The notes under the pieces: model-generated | Told to the model about the DNA's origin: nothing | Seen by the model: the letters and a program-made list of their open reading frames with translations, nothing else | The model's database searches: none | Shown here: positions 18,701-28,947 of the stretch, in pieces | Layout of the letters: the number at the start of each line of letters is the position of its first letter | Position numbering within the stretch: the stretch's first letter is position 1 | Source of the DNA: an uncultured Candidatus Rokubacteria bacterium | GTDB lineage: Bacteria; Methylomirabilota; Methylomirabilia; Rokubacteriales; DASRDR01 | Direction of reading: 5' to 3' | Assembly: GCA_963805625.1 (NCBI GenBank) | Contig: CAWDVE010000013.1 | Location: 320,001 to 384,000 of the forward strand | DNA length: 64,000 bases | Position numbers and translations under genes: made by a program

Positions 18701-18877
18701 CATCCTCGACTGGGGACCAGGCGGGCTCCTGGAGACCTTGGCGACTCTCCACAAGGCGGGGATTCAGACGGCAGGCGCCGGCCGGAACGACGGAGAGGCT
18801 GCCGCGCCCGCGCTCGTGGAGCTGCCCCGCATAACCGGATGCTCTCCCGATCGTCTACGGCTGGGCCACGCCGGGAC

Positions 18878-20044
18878 CTACCCAACCCCCCCGGGAAGTG
18901 GAAACGCCGTCGGTCGAGGCAGCGCCGGCAGGAAGTAACGGCGGAGCGCCGCGTCGCAGACCGCGTAGCCCCAGTTGATCAGCCGCTGCCGGACCTCGGG
19001 CTCCATCCGCGCGAGTCGCGTGTCGATATCGGCGAGCGCCAGCGTCTGGTTGACAGGGCACGGCAGCGCGGCAGCTGCGCCGTAGTCGGCGATGTTCGTG
19101 CGAATCCCCCAGTAGGCGCCCGTCCGCAGCTTGGCCTCGAGCGAGCCCACGACCTGGCGTTTCCGCAGACTTCGAACCTGATTGTCGATGAGCGAGTTGA
19201 TCCGGATGCTGTGGCGTACCCAGTCCCGCTCGGGTTCGGGCTCTGGTTGCATCTGGCCCCCACCATCGCTCACGAACACCGTCCGGTATCGCTTCCAGAC
19301 CGTCTCGAGACCGAGGTTGTCGTACACGCCGCCATCCGACAGCACCACGTCGGAGGTGTACGGCTCCCGGTGGAGTGGCTCCGTACCGGGCGTGAATTCG
19401 TTCGGATCCAACTCGAGGGTCGCCGGCGACAGAACCGGTGGGAACGCGGAGGAGGCCGCCACTGCGACGGCCAACTGGATCTTCGGGCTCTTGACCTCGC
19501 CGACCCGGTAATCGCGCATGTAGGGCTTCATGAAGCGCCACAGTGCTCCGGACTGGACGTTCGTCGCGTTCAACACGATCCGTGGGGGATCATCCGGCAA
19601 GTCCTGGAGAGTGGCTTCGCCGAATAGGTGGCGGCGATAGGCGTCAGTCACCCGGTCAGAGATCGTCCCCGGCAGGACCAGGCCGATGACGACGGACCCG
19701 ACGTCGATCGTGCGGCCCGCGAGCGCCCGGATGGGCCCGACCACCTCCTCGACGTAGCGGCGCGCGATGCCCGTGGCGCCATCGAAGTCTAGCCGTCCCC
19801 ACTTGAGTCCCAGCGCGGCACCGGTGATGGAGCCGCCGGAGACGCAGGAGATTCGAGCCAGCGTCTTGAGCAAGCCTGCCTCGTTGAGCCGCCATATCGC
19901 TCCTGCGTGGAACAGCATGGCGCGATACCCGCCGCCTGACAGACAGAGGCCGCGCCCGTCCTCAAGCTTGCTGGTTGCGGGTCGTTCCTCCTCCGAGAGG
20001 ACGGGAGACAGCGCCTCGGCCAGTATCGTGCCAGGGTCAGGCAT
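18878..20044 (-). CDS. Patatin-like phospholipase
   Basis: LSGGGYRA, VSGGS nucleophile elbow, ASSAFP, DGGVYDN. Confidence 0.92.
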   Translation of the reverse strand: MPDPGTILAEALSPVLSEEERPATSKLEDGRGLCLSGGGYRAMLFHAGAIWRLNEAGLLKTLARISCVSGGSITGAALGLKWGRLDFDGATGIARRYVEEVVGPIRALAGRTIDVGSVVIGLVLPGTISDRVTDAYRRHLFGEATLQDLPDDPPRIVLNATNVQSGALWRFMKPYMRDYRVGEVKSPKIQLAVAVAASSAFPPVLSPATLELDPNEFTPGTEPLHREPYTSDVVLSDGGVYDNLGLETVWKRYRTVFVSDGGGQMQPEPEPERDWVRHSIRINSLIDNQVRSLRKRQVVGSLEAKLRTGAYWGIRTNIADYGAAAALPCPVNQTLALADIDTRLARMEPEVRQRLINWGYAVCDAALRRYFLPALPRPTAFPLPGGVG

Positions 20045-20860
20045 CGCGGTCCTCCTTGCGCGTCGAGTCGGTCCAGCTCCGCGCTTCCGCCATCATAGCC
20101 TCACCGGCGTCGTCGACTCCCAGTGCGCGAGCGCCTTCTCAGGCCCCCGGATCTTCTTGGTCTCGTCCAAGATCTCTCGCTTCCGCTTCAGCAAGTTCAG
20201 CTCGTCGCCCTTGTCGATCTTTGCCTTCTGCACCGTTGCAGCCGAGGCCGCAAGCTGAGGGTGCCGCCCCACGCCGGGATGGCGCGGGGTGAGCCGGCGC
20301 TCGGGGTCGCCCTCGGGGCCTGGGGTCCAGCCGCCGGGGGAGGCAGGAGGAGGCCGGACCTCAGCTCCGCCCGCGGAGGTGGCACCGGAGGTGTTGCTAA
20401 TCGTTCCTTCTATGCGCTGGCTATGCGCTGGCGGTGGGCCCCACTGGCAATGTGGGCACACCACACGGCGTAGGTTAGGTATTCCTAGTCCTGGAGCGCT
20501 GTCAAGCTCGGCGGGGCGCCTCGATTCTTCGCTCGGGGTCCTCGCGAGCGCGATGGATCGCGGAGGCTGCAGGGGCTGTCCAGACGACCCCCCGAACACT
20601 CGGGCCGCCGACCAGGAAGGGGCCACCGCCGCCATCACACTGAAAACCGACCTGGGTCTTGGCTTGACGGCAGTCGTGGCTTGGCGCTTAGTAGACCCCC
20701 AGACGGTGTCCGATCCGGCGAGATCCGCATGGTTCGGACGATGACTCGGAAAAGCGAGAACCGAGTATGCACCGCGACAGGTTCATCGGCGAGAGGTCCT
20801 AGCGACGCGACGCGCCCAGCTGCGTGCGTGCGGCTGGCGGCGGAACCCGAGGGAGGTGGC

Positions 20861-21643
20861 ATGGCCTACACCGACATCCTTTACGAGAAGGAGGGCGGCG
20901 TCGCCTGGATCACCATCAACCGCCCCGGAGTGCGGAACGCCTTCCGCACCCGTACGGTGGCTGAGCTGACCGACGCTTTCGTGGATGCGCGGTGGGACCG
21001 CACCGTCGGCGTGGTCGTGTTGACGGGGGCCGGCGACAAGGCGTTCTGCTCCGGCGGCGACCAGAAGGAACGGGGGCAGGGAGGCTACGCCACGGACCAG
21101 CGCCCCATGGACGTGGAGGCACTGCACAGCGCGATCCGTCACATCCCGAAGCCGGTGATCGCGATGGTCAACGGGTTCGCCATCGGCGGCGGCCACGTGC
21201 TGCACGTGCTGTGCGACCTCAGCATCGCGTCCGACACAGCCATCTTCGGCCAGACGGGGCCGCGGGTGGGGAGCGTGGACGCCGGGCACGGGACGGGTTA
21301 CCTGGCACGGGTGGTGGGGGAGAAGAAGGCGCGCGAGATCTGGTACCTCTGCCGGCAGTACACGGCGCAGGAGGCGCTCGCGATGGGGCTGGTGAACAAG
21401 GTGGTGCCGCTGTCGGAGCTCCGGGCAGAAGTGGAACGCTGGTGCGCGGAGCTCCTGGAGAAGAGCCCGACCGCGCTGGCGCTCGCCAAGCAGTCGTTCA
21501 ACATCGACTCCGAGCCGCGGGCCGGTGTCGCGCAGTTCGCCCACACCGCGCTGAACCTCTACTATCAGACCGAGGAGGCGCTGGAGGGCCGCAACGCTTT
21601 TGTGGAGAAGCGCCCCGTGAACTTCGGCAAGTTCCGGTCGTAA
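20861..21643 (+). CDS. badI: 2-ketocyclohexanecarboxyl-CoA hydrolase-like (MenB/crotonase family)
   Basis: [28 protein letters not shown]; operon context; GGAGG RBS. Confidence 0.75.
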   Translation: MAYTDILYEKEGGVAWITINRPGVRNAFRTRTVAELTDAFVDARWDRTVGVVVLTGAGDKAFCSGGDQKERGQGGYATDQRPMDVEALHSAIRHIPKPVIAMVNGFAIGGGHVLHVLCDLSIASDTAIFGQTGPRVGSVDAGHGTGYLARVVGEKKAREIWYLCRQYTAQEALAMGLVNKVVPLSELRAEVERWCAELLEKSPTALALAKQSFNIDSEPRAGVAQFAHTALNLYYQTEEALEGRNAFVEKRPVNFGKFRS

Positions 21644-21674
21644 CCTCTGTTGCCGCTGCATGTGTTGCCGCTGC

Positions 21675-22260
21675 ATGGAGACCACCCTCACCGAGGCGAG
21701 GATCCGGCAGGCCAGGGCCGGCGGCTTCTGGCGCGACGAGAGCGTCGAGATCTATCTCGACCGGTGGGCCTGCGAGCGGCCCGATCGCACGGCGATCGTC
21801 GACGGCGCGGGCCGGCTGAGCTACGCGGCCCTGGCCCGGCGCGTCGAGCGCGTGGCCCACGGCCTCCGCGGCCACGGAGTCGAGCAGGGCAGCGTGGTTT
21901 CCTGCCAGCAAGGACATCATCATCCGCGGGGGCGAGAACATCCCCGTGGTGGAGGTCGAGAGCCTCCTCTACACGCATCCCAAGATCGCGGGCGTGGCCA
22001 TCGTGGCCATGGCAGACCCTCGCCTCGGCGAGCGGGCGTGTGCGGTCGTGATCCCGCGCGAAGGTCAGTGCCTCACGCTCCCCGAGGTCATCGCCTTCCT
22101 CGAGCGCCACCAGCTCGCGCGCCAGAAGTTCCCCGAGCGCCTGGAGGTCGTGAGCGAGTTCCCGATGACCCCCAGCGGCAAGATCCAGAAGTATCGGCTG
22201 CGTCAGCTCGTGGCGGAGCGGATCGCGGTCGAGCGGGGCGACGCCCCCGGTCGTGGCTGA
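21675..22260 (+). pseudogene. aliA: Cyclohexanecarboxylate-CoA ligase-like gene with internal deletion and frameshift
   Basis: N-terminus (..GFWRD..VVSCQ) joined at ~21909 to the C-terminus KDIIIRGGENIP..PSGKIQK in another frame; the AMP-binding core is absent. Confidence 0.85.
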
Positions 22261-22321
22261 TCCGCCCCGAGCCCGGCAGGCTCGTTCTCCCTGGTCGGTC
22301 GATTCGCGAGGAGAGCATGCG

Positions 22322-23119
22322 ATGGAGCTGAACCTGGCAGGCAAGAGTGTGGTCGTCACCGGCGGGGGCTCGAACATCGGTCGCGCCATCAGCCTGGCTT
22401 TCGCCCGCGAGGGCGTCCATCTGACCCTCGCGGAGATCGACGAAGGCCAGGGCCAGAAGGTGGTCGCCGAAGCCCGGAAGCGGGGCGCGTCGTCGGCGAC
22501 CCTGGTACCCACGGACGTGACGAAATGGGAATCGGTCCAGGCCATGGTCAAGGAGGTCGAGGGCCGGCTGGGCCGGGTGGACGTGCTCGTGAACAACGTC
22601 GGCTGGACCTACGACCGGCTCTTCGTCGAGAAAGAGCGGGCAGAGTGGGAGAAGGAGATCCAGCTGAACCTCTGGGGCATGATCAACTGCACTCGCGCGG
22701 TGCTCGACGGCATGATCGCGCGTAAGGCAGGCGCCATCGTGAGTCTCGGCTCCGACGCCGGCCGCATGGGCGAGTTCCGCGAGGGCGTGTACGGCGCGTG
22801 CAAGGCCGGGGTGATGGCGCTCAGCAAGAGCCTCGCCCGCGAGGTTGGGCGCCACGGCATCCGGCTCAACGTCGTCTGCCCGGGTATGACCATCCCGGCC
22901 TCGGAAGAGGACTTCGGGGCCCGAAGCATGTGGGCGGCCGAGGCGAACCGGGCATGGAGCGCGCCCGAGATGCAGGCGCGCATCGCCAAGGCCTATCCGC
23001 TCAGGCGGACTGGTAAGCCGGAGGACGTAGCGCCGGCGGTGGTTTTCCTCGCCTCCGACGCGGCCGGCTTCATCACTGGACAGACGCTCTCGGTCAGCGG
23101 CGGCTATACGATGATGTGA
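22322..23119 (+). CDS. badH: SDR, 2-hydroxycyclohexanecarboxyl-CoA dehydrogenase-like
   Basis: TGGGSNIG, NNVGW, SDAGRMG, YGACK, GQTLSVSGG. Confidence 0.75.
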   Translation: MELNLAGKSVVVTGGGSNIGRAISLAFAREGVHLTLAEIDEGQGQKVVAEARKRGASSATLVPTDVTKWESVQAMVKEVEGRLGRVDVLVNNVGWTYDRLFVEKERAEWEKEIQLNLWGMINCTRAVLDGMIARKAGAIVSLGSDAGRMGEFREGVYGACKAGVMALSKSLAREVGRHGIRLNVVCPGMTIPASEEDFGARSMWAAEANRAWSAPEMQARIAKAYPLRRTGKPEDVAPAVVFLASDAAGFITGQTLSVSGGYTMM

Positions 23120-23155
23120 CCCGCTCCTTGGAGCACTGAGGCGGAAGAGGACTAC

Positions 23156-24307
23156 ATGGACCTCGCGTTCACCCCCGAGCAGGAGGAGCTGGTCCGCGCC
23201 CTTCGCACCTTCGCGAAGAAGGAGCTTCAGCCCCGCTCGTCTCATTGGGATAGGACCGGCGAGTTCCCGTGGGACGCCTACCACCAGATGGCGGAGCTGG
23301 GGCTCCTGGGCCTCCGGACGCCGGCCGCCTACGGGGGCCAGGACGCCGACCTTCTCACCTTCGGCCTCGCCATGGAGGCGATCGCGCGCGGGGACTTCGG
23401 CTGCACCTACGGGATGCAGCTCGCCGGCCTCTCGGGAGAGATCCTCGGGCGGAACGCGAGCGAGGAGATCAAGGCCCGCTGGCTCCCCCCGATCGCGCAG
23501 GGGAAAGCGGTCATCGCGCTCGCCCTCACCGAGCCCGGGGTCGGCTCCGATGCGGCGAACCTCGCCTGCCGGGCGGAACGCCACGGGGACGAGTACACGA
23601 TCACCGGCGAGAAGTCCGGAATAAGCCTCGGCATGGTCGCCCAGGCGGCCATTCTGTTCGCTCGGACCGACCCGCGGGGCCGGGCCCGCGGTGTGACGGC
23701 GTTTCTCGTCCCTCTCGATGCGCCGGGCGTGTCGCGGAGCCCGCTCCGGGACATGGGGACGCGCGCGATCGCGCGCGCCGTGCTGTCCTTCGACCAGGTG
23801 CGCGTGCCGCCCTCGCACCGGCTGGGCCCCGAGGGCACCGGCTTCCACCAGGTGATGCAGGGGTTCGACTACAACCGTGTCGGAATCGCCCTCGCCTGCC
23901 TCGGCGTTGCCCAGGTCTCACTCGAGGAGACCATGGCTTACGTCAAGGAGCGAAGCGCCTTCGGACGGCGGCTCGCGACGTTCGAGGGCGTGTCCTTCCC
24001 GATCGCCGAGGCCGCAACCCACATCGACGCCTGCCGCTGGCTCTGCTATCGCGCGCTCTGGCTCGCCGACCGCGGACAGCCCTACACGAAGGAGTCGGCG
24101 ATGACCAAGTGGTGGGCGCCCCGTCTCGCGGTCGAGACCATCCACCAGTGCCTACTCCTGCATGGCCACTACGGCTACACGGACGAGCTGCCCTTCGAGC
24201 AGCGGTTGCGGGACGTCATCGGGCTCGAGATCGGCGACGGCACGGCGGAGGTCATGAAGGTGATCGTGGCCCGGGAGCTCATGGGCCGCGAGAGCCTGCC
24301 GTACTGA
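23156..24307 (+). CDS. aliB: Acyl-CoA dehydrogenase, cyclohexanecarboxyl-CoA dehydrogenase-like
   Basis: LTEPGVGSDAA, HGHYGY, EQRLRDVIGLEIGDGTA. Confidence 0.78.
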   Translation: MDLAFTPEQEELVRALRTFAKKELQPRSSHWDRTGEFPWDAYHQMAELGLLGLRTPAAYGGQDADLLTFGLAMEAIARGDFGCTYGMQLAGLSGEILGRNASEEIKARWLPPIAQGKAVIALALTEPGVGSDAANLACRAERHGDEYTITGEKSGISLGMVAQAAILFARTDPRGRARGVTAFLVPLDAPGVSRSPLRDMGTRAIARAVLSFDQVRVPPSHRLGPEGTGFHQVMQGFDYNRVGIALACLGVAQVSLEETMAYVKERSAFGRRLATFEGVSFPIAEAATHIDACRWLCYRALWLADRGQPYTKESAMTKWWAPRLAVETIHQCLLLHGHYGYTDELPFEQRLRDVIGLEIGDGTAEVMKVIVARELMGRESLPY

Positions 24308-24331
24308 CGGTGGTCATCGACCAAGACGCTC

Positions 24332-24356
24332 GAAGGGGGAGCCAGGCCTCCCCTTC
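24332..24356. terminator. Hairpin between convergent genes
   Basis: GAAGGGGGAG...CTCCCCTTC inverted repeat with one bulge. Confidence 0.45.
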
Positions 24357-24427
24357 TCGTGCGGCCGAAACCGCGGCCGGTCGACCTAGCCTTTGTTGTG
24401 CCGGGCGTAGAGGGCGGTCGCCCGGAG

Positions 24428-26221
24428 CTACTCCACGGCCATGCCGCCGCCTTGGAGGGCCGGACGGGCGCTGGCGCGCATCCTCTTGAGCAGCCGATTC
24501 GCGATGGGATGGACCTTGGGGTGGACGCCACCGTTTCGGTTGGCGGCTTCCTGCCAGGCGTTGGAGCGTTTGGCGTAGACCGCGGCGTCGTCCAGCTCCC
24601 GGCAGTCCAGTCGATCCTTGTTGATGTCCACCACGATGGTGTCGCCGTCCTCGATCAGGGCGATCGGGCCGCCGAGATAGGCTTCCGGTCCGACGTGACC
24701 GATGACCAACCCGACCGAGCCGCCGGAGAAGCGCGCATCGGTCATCAAGCCGATGGTAATGCCCTTTTGGCGGCAGAGCGTCGTGATCCGCGATGTCGGA
24801 TCGAGCATCTCCGGCATGCCGGGCGCCCCGCGCGGGCCCTCGTAGCGGATGACCACCATGTCCTGGTCGGCAAAGACCTCGGGCGTGTGCTCCAGAGCGG
24901 CGATCAGCTCGTGCTCGCGGTCGAAGACGCGAGCTCGGCCGACGAACCGGCCGTCCTTCACACCGCCTTCGACGCCCGCGACTTTGATGATAGCGCCCCC
25001 GTCAGGGGCCAGGCTCCCTTCGAGCAAACGCAGCCCGCCGGTCTTCTTGAATGGCTTGGCGACCGAGTAGATCACCTCGTGATCCGGCTTCGCCGGCGCG
25101 AGCCGCCGCACCTGCTCGGCGAGCGTTTCCCCGGTGCACGTCACGGGGCGGTCGTCGACCAGACCCGCGTCGAGCAATTCCTTGACGATGACTGGCAAGC
25201 CGCCCTTGGCGTCGACGTCGACCATCGAGTACATCCCGAACGGCCGAGCGTTCACCAGCACCGGCACGCGACGCGACAGCGCGTTGAACTCCTTCTGGCT
25301 GAGGACGTCCTTCCACAGATCGATGCCGGCCGCGCGGGCGATCTCGACGGCGTGCAGCGCCACGTTGGTGGACCCACCCATCGCGATCGCCACGATCAGC
25401 GCGTTTCTGAGCGACGTGGGCGTCACGATGTCACGCGGCTGGATGCCTCGCTTGGTCATCGTCAGGAGGCAATCGACCAGCTGGTCCGGAAACTCTCGCA
25501 GCCGCCGCTCGTCCTCGGACGGCGGCGAGACCATGTGCAGCGGCTCCATCCCCAGCACCGCGATGAACGACTGCATCGTGTTGTAGGTGAACATGCCGCC
25601 GCAGCTGCCGTATCCCGGACAGGCGTGGAGGGCGATGCGCGCGCGCTTGGCCGGATCGGCATCGCCCGCGACCTGGAACGCGGTGACGAGGTCGATACGC
25701 TCTCCAGTGGCCGGGTCGATGCCGGGCCTGATCGAGCCGTCCGAGACGATCACCGCCGGCTCGTTGTGCTCCAGTATCGCCGCCAGCGTGCCGACCGGAG
25801 GCTTGTCGCAGGCGACCACGGCGATGATCCCCTTCACGTCGTTGCCGTTCAGGTGCATGTCGACGCTGTCGTTGGTGACCTCGCGGCCGATCAGCGAAAA
25901 GCGCATGCGGTCGGTGCCGTTCAGCTGCCCGTCCGACACCCCGAGGCCATAGGCCGGGGGAATCAGGCGGATCGGCAGGTCGTCCCGAAGAACGCGGGCC
26001 GAGATCGCGGCCTGGATGGCTTCGACCTTGCGAGTGACCCCGAGGTAGCACTGGCTGTCCCCGAGAGTGCCCGTCACCGCCCAGACCGGGTGGTGGATCT
26101 TGTACGGGTCCTGGCCCAAGGAGCGCGCGGTCCCGACACGCTGCACGTCGCGCCCCGGGTTGGCTGACACGAAACCGGCCTCGGAGCTACTGGGGCGCCC
26201 TTCACGCGCACTCGGCATCAT
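24428..26221 (-). CDS. IlvD/Edd family dihydroxy-acid dehydratase
   Basis: VSDG, CDK..G, GSCGGMFT.NTM, GGSTN, YEGPRG.PGMPEML, TDARFSG. Confidence 0.92.
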   Translation of the reverse strand: MMPSAREGRPSSSEAGFVSANPGRDVQRVGTARSLGQDPYKIHHPVWAVTGTLGDSQCYLGVTRKVEAIQAAISARVLRDDLPIRLIPPAYGLGVSDGQLNGTDRMRFSLIGREVTNDSVDMHLNGNDVKGIIAVVACDKPPVGTLAAILEHNEPAVIVSDGSIRPGIDPATGERIDLVTAFQVAGDADPAKRARIALHACPGYGSCGGMFTYNTMQSFIAVLGMEPLHMVSPPSEDERRLREFPDQLVDCLLTMTKRGIQPRDIVTPTSLRNALIVAIAMGGSTNVALHAVEIARAAGIDLWKDVLSQKEFNALSRRVPVLVNARPFGMYSMVDVDAKGGLPVIVKELLDAGLVDDRPVTCTGETLAEQVRRLAPAKPDHEVIYSVAKPFKKTGGLRLLEGSLAPDGGAIIKVAGVEGGVKDGRFVGRARVFDREHELIAALEHTPEVFADQDMVVIRYEGPRGAPGMPEMLDPTSRITTLCRQKGITIGLMTDARFSGGSVGLVIGHVGPEAYLGGPIALIEDGDTIVVDINKDRLDCRELDDAAVYAKRSNAWQEAANRNGGVHPKVHPIANRLLKRMRASARPALQGGGMAVE

Positions 26222-26314
26222 GACCTCCGATCATGGGATTCACGCTCGATGGTTCCGTGTAGCCCCCAAAGTCGACATCGACGGTGCCGACAATCTGACC
26301 TGCGTCGTTGATTC

Positions 26315-26684
26315 GCACTTCGTCCTCGGTGAGCTTGAAATAGGATCGCGGCATCAGCATCGCCGCCGTGGCGCCCAGCTCGCCCGCGTGCCGCGCGAGC
26401 TCGATCGATTCGGCAAGGCTGTTGCCGAGATCCCGACCAGGACCGGGGCGCGCCCATTGACCGGGGCGCCCTTTGACAGCCTTCACGACGACCTGGGTGA
26501 GCGACCGGCGCTCATCGAGACCCAGATGGGCGAACTCACCGGCGGACAACTGGGTGCTGAACCCGTGAATCCCCGCCTCGACGAGCCATTCGATCCGCTC
26601 GCGCACGATGGCGAAATCGATCCGGTCGCCATCCCGGCTGAAGGGTGTTGGCAAATTCGCGAACATGCCACCGATTCTCTTCAT
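26315..26684 (-). pseudogene. 5' part of a dihydrodipicolinate-synthase-family gene, decayed and truncated
   Basis: PTPF..DG..ID, GEF..L..DER, SIELARHA..LGA; local duplication near 26440-26475; the catalytic half is missing. Confidence 0.8.
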
Positions 26685-26729
26685 GGCGAGCTCCTGGCGA
26701 AGGGCTCGAACCGATACCCTAGGCTTAGA

Positions 26730-26987
26730 TCACCACACGCGGACCAGGCCCGCAACCCCACGCCGGGCGCGCCCCGCGAAGCACGGCTCGGAACGTCAAC
26801 AATCCCAGTTACTAGCGACCAACCGCAGGGCGCATGCGGTCTCACATCCGAGGCCGGCCGGCTTTCGGGGTCATTCGCGCCACTCCCACGGCGGAACCGG
26901 CCGCCTGTCGGCCCACAGTCCGGCACGCGCGGCCCGGGCCTCCGCCTCGAGCGCAGCCAGCCGGACGTCGGTGGAGTACCGCCGGAA
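26730..26987. repeat. About 260-bp direct repeat, copy 1 (thermonuclease 3' end plus downstream flank)
   Basis: Highly similar to 29617-29877 by direct reading. Confidence 0.92.
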
Positions 26988-27210
26988 GAACCTAGACGGC
27001 GACGCAGCGGGATCGGGCGGATCCGGATCGTGTCGTCGTGCGCTGACGCCCACGGAACTCCAAGTAGCGGTGGCCACCCGGCAACTCTCGAGGCGAGCCA
27101 CGCGAGCCCGGTCTCCTGTGGCCGGGGCCGGGCCATCAGCGCCGCGACGCGCGTCCGCTCGGGCGGTCACGGTCCTGGCGGCCGCGCCCTCGCGCTCACA
27201 CTCCTCGCTG

Positions 27211-27219
27211 TGGCATAAT
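27211..27219 (+). promoter_or_regulatory. Extended -10 element (TGgCATAAT), probable leaderless transcript
   Basis: Six nt separate it from ATG 27226; no SD present. Confidence 0.55.
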
Positions 27220-27225
27220 CGGCTA

Positions 27226-27636
27226 ATGAAATCCGCTTGGAACCATCTCCAGGTCAACATCGAGCCGCGCAATCGCGCCTTCTACCAGGAGCTCTTCACG
27301 CTCCTGGGCTGGGAGAAGTGGCACGAGGACGAGAACATGCTCGGCATGGGCGTCGAAGGCAAGGGCTCGTTCTGGTTCGCCTCGGCGCCCGACAGGCAGA
27401 AGACCGACTACGATCAGCTCGGCGTGAATCATCTCGGTGTCCGGGCCGAGGAGCAGAAGGACGTGGACACCGTCGCGGCCTTCTTGAGGCGGAAGAACGT
27501 ACCGTCGCTCTTCGGGACGCCGTGCCACCGCCCAGAATTCGCCGAGGGCGAGGGGCAGACCTACTACCAGGTCATGTTCACCTCGCCGGACAACGTCCTG
27601 CTCGAGGTCGTCTACATCGGGCCGAAAGCCGCGTAG
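27226..27636 (+). CDS. VOC/glyoxalase family protein
   Basis: NHLQVN, AFY..LF..LGW, GVNHLG, YY.V.F..PD...LEVV. Confidence 0.88.
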   Translation: MKSAWNHLQVNIEPRNRAFYQELFTLLGWEKWHEDENMLGMGVEGKGSFWFASAPDRQKTDYDQLGVNHLGVRAEEQKDVDTVAAFLRRKNVPSLFGTPCHRPEFAEGEGQTYYQVMFTSPDNVLLEVVYIGPKAA

Positions 27637-27914
27637 CCTAGGGGCGGACGCGAGTCTGCCGATCCTCCCGAAGCGGCACCGCGCGCAGCAGTCCGTAGCC
27701 AACTCCCGTCGGGCGATGCGCCCCTCGGCCTCCGGCCTGGTCCGCTCGAGCATGAGACACAAGGGTACTGGCGTCCCGTGTCGCTCACCGCGGCATGTCC
27801 CTTCGTCCTTCCGCCGGACAGCCTCCACGGTGAGCCCACCCGGCGAGGCGAGACGCCCGGCGAGGCAGGTTCTCAGGGCCCGGGCCCGAGTCCCGAAGCC
27901 GGACGCGAGTCCGC

Positions 27915-28165
27915 CGGTACTCCCACGGGGGAACCGCGCGAAGGGTCCGCCCACAGCCCCCGTCGGGCGATGCACGCATCGGCCGCCAGCCTGGCCAGGG
28001 CGAGGTCCGACGAGTACCGGCAGAACCCACCACGCGGAGCCCGCGCGGACGAGCTCCTGGTCGAGACTCCGGCCGTCGGGCAGGCGAACCTCGGCCACGA
28101 GGCGGCCGTAGCGATCGCGGTCCGTCGCCTGGACGACGACCAGCTTCCCGAACGTGAGCGCCGCC
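27915..28165 (-). pseudogene. Frameshifted thermonuclease (SNase) fragment
   Basis: DRDRYGRLVAEVRLPDGRSLDQELVRAG.AW, then a frameshift to ARRGLWAD. Confidence 0.85.
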
Positions 28166-28246
28166 GCGCCTCGTCGCCGAGCTGCGGGAGCGTCCGCCGC
28201 GCCTCCGCGACGACGGTGGGGACCGGCCACTGTTATCGTGATCTCC

Positions 28247-28783
28247 ATGGGAGATGCGCCCGAACTGCATGAGCAGCTCTACGAGCGCCGCATCGTCCTC
28301 GTGACTGGCCGGCTCGACGACGGCGTGGCGGCCCGAGCCGCGGCGGCGCTCCTGAGCCTCGACGCGGCGGGGAATGCAACGATCGACGTCCACGTGGATA
28401 GCCCCGATGGCGCGCTGGAGGCCGCCTTCGTGCTCATCGACACGCTGGGCCTGATCCGGGCACCCGTGCGCGCGCTGGGTCGCGGACTGGTCGGCACGCC
28501 GGCGATCGGCGTCGTGGCCGCGGCCGGCTACCGCGCGGCCTCGCCGCACGCGCGGTTTCGGCTCGCTCAGCCCCCCGTGCGGCTCGTCGGAACACCCGAC
28601 GAGGTCGATGCCGGCAGACGCTGGCATCGCGACCTGCTCGTGAGGTTCCAGGCGCATCTCGCCCGCGCCACCGGGCGGCCGGTCGACGCGATCGCGGACG
28701 ACATGAGAGCCGGACGGACTCTCGACGCGGCGGAGGCGCTCGCCTACGGGCTGATCGACGAAATCAGCCCCACGTCACGGTGA
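28247..28783 (+). CDS. ClpP-fold protein lacking the catalytic Ser/His (ClpR-like)
   Basis: L.ERRIV...G.LDD, DSP.G, P.ARF..AQP, A.EA.AYGLID.I. Confidence 0.8.
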   Translation: MGDAPELHEQLYERRIVLVTGRLDDGVAARAAAALLSLDAAGNATIDVHVDSPDGALEAAFVLIDTLGLIRAPVRALGRGLVGTPAIGVVAAAGYRAASPHARFRLAQPPVRLVGTPDEVDAGRRWHRDLLVRFQAHLARATGRPVDAIADDMRAGRTLDAAEALAYGLIDEISPTSR

Positions 28784-28808
28784 CGGGTCGGCCCGCCACT
28801 CCGCGGCT

Positions 28809-28947
28809 CCCGAGTTCCTAGTCCGCCGGCCCCAACGAGCTGCGAAGCTAAGACATCATCGAGCGGCTCGCGCCGGCGAAGTGGAGTTGTTTCTATCTCT
28901 ACGTCACGCTCGACATCCTCAGCCGGTACGTCGACCGGTGGATGGTC
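28809..28947 (+). mobile_element. IS3-family transposase (rve) remnant
   Basis: PE....GPNEL.S*DI....PAKWS.FYLYV.LDI.SRYV..WMV with a stop and a frameshift. Confidence 0.8.

Noticed and set aside
18182-19627. 481-aa protein
   Set aside because: Beyond ~173 aa it is the antisense shadow of the patatin gene
20861-21643. menB (naphthoate synthase)
   Set aside because: Neighbours are aliA-, badH- and aliB-like genes rather than men genes
26695-26720. GGTTCGAGCCC T-loop-like motif (- strand) as a tRNA/att site
   Set aside because: No paired T-stem or acceptor stem
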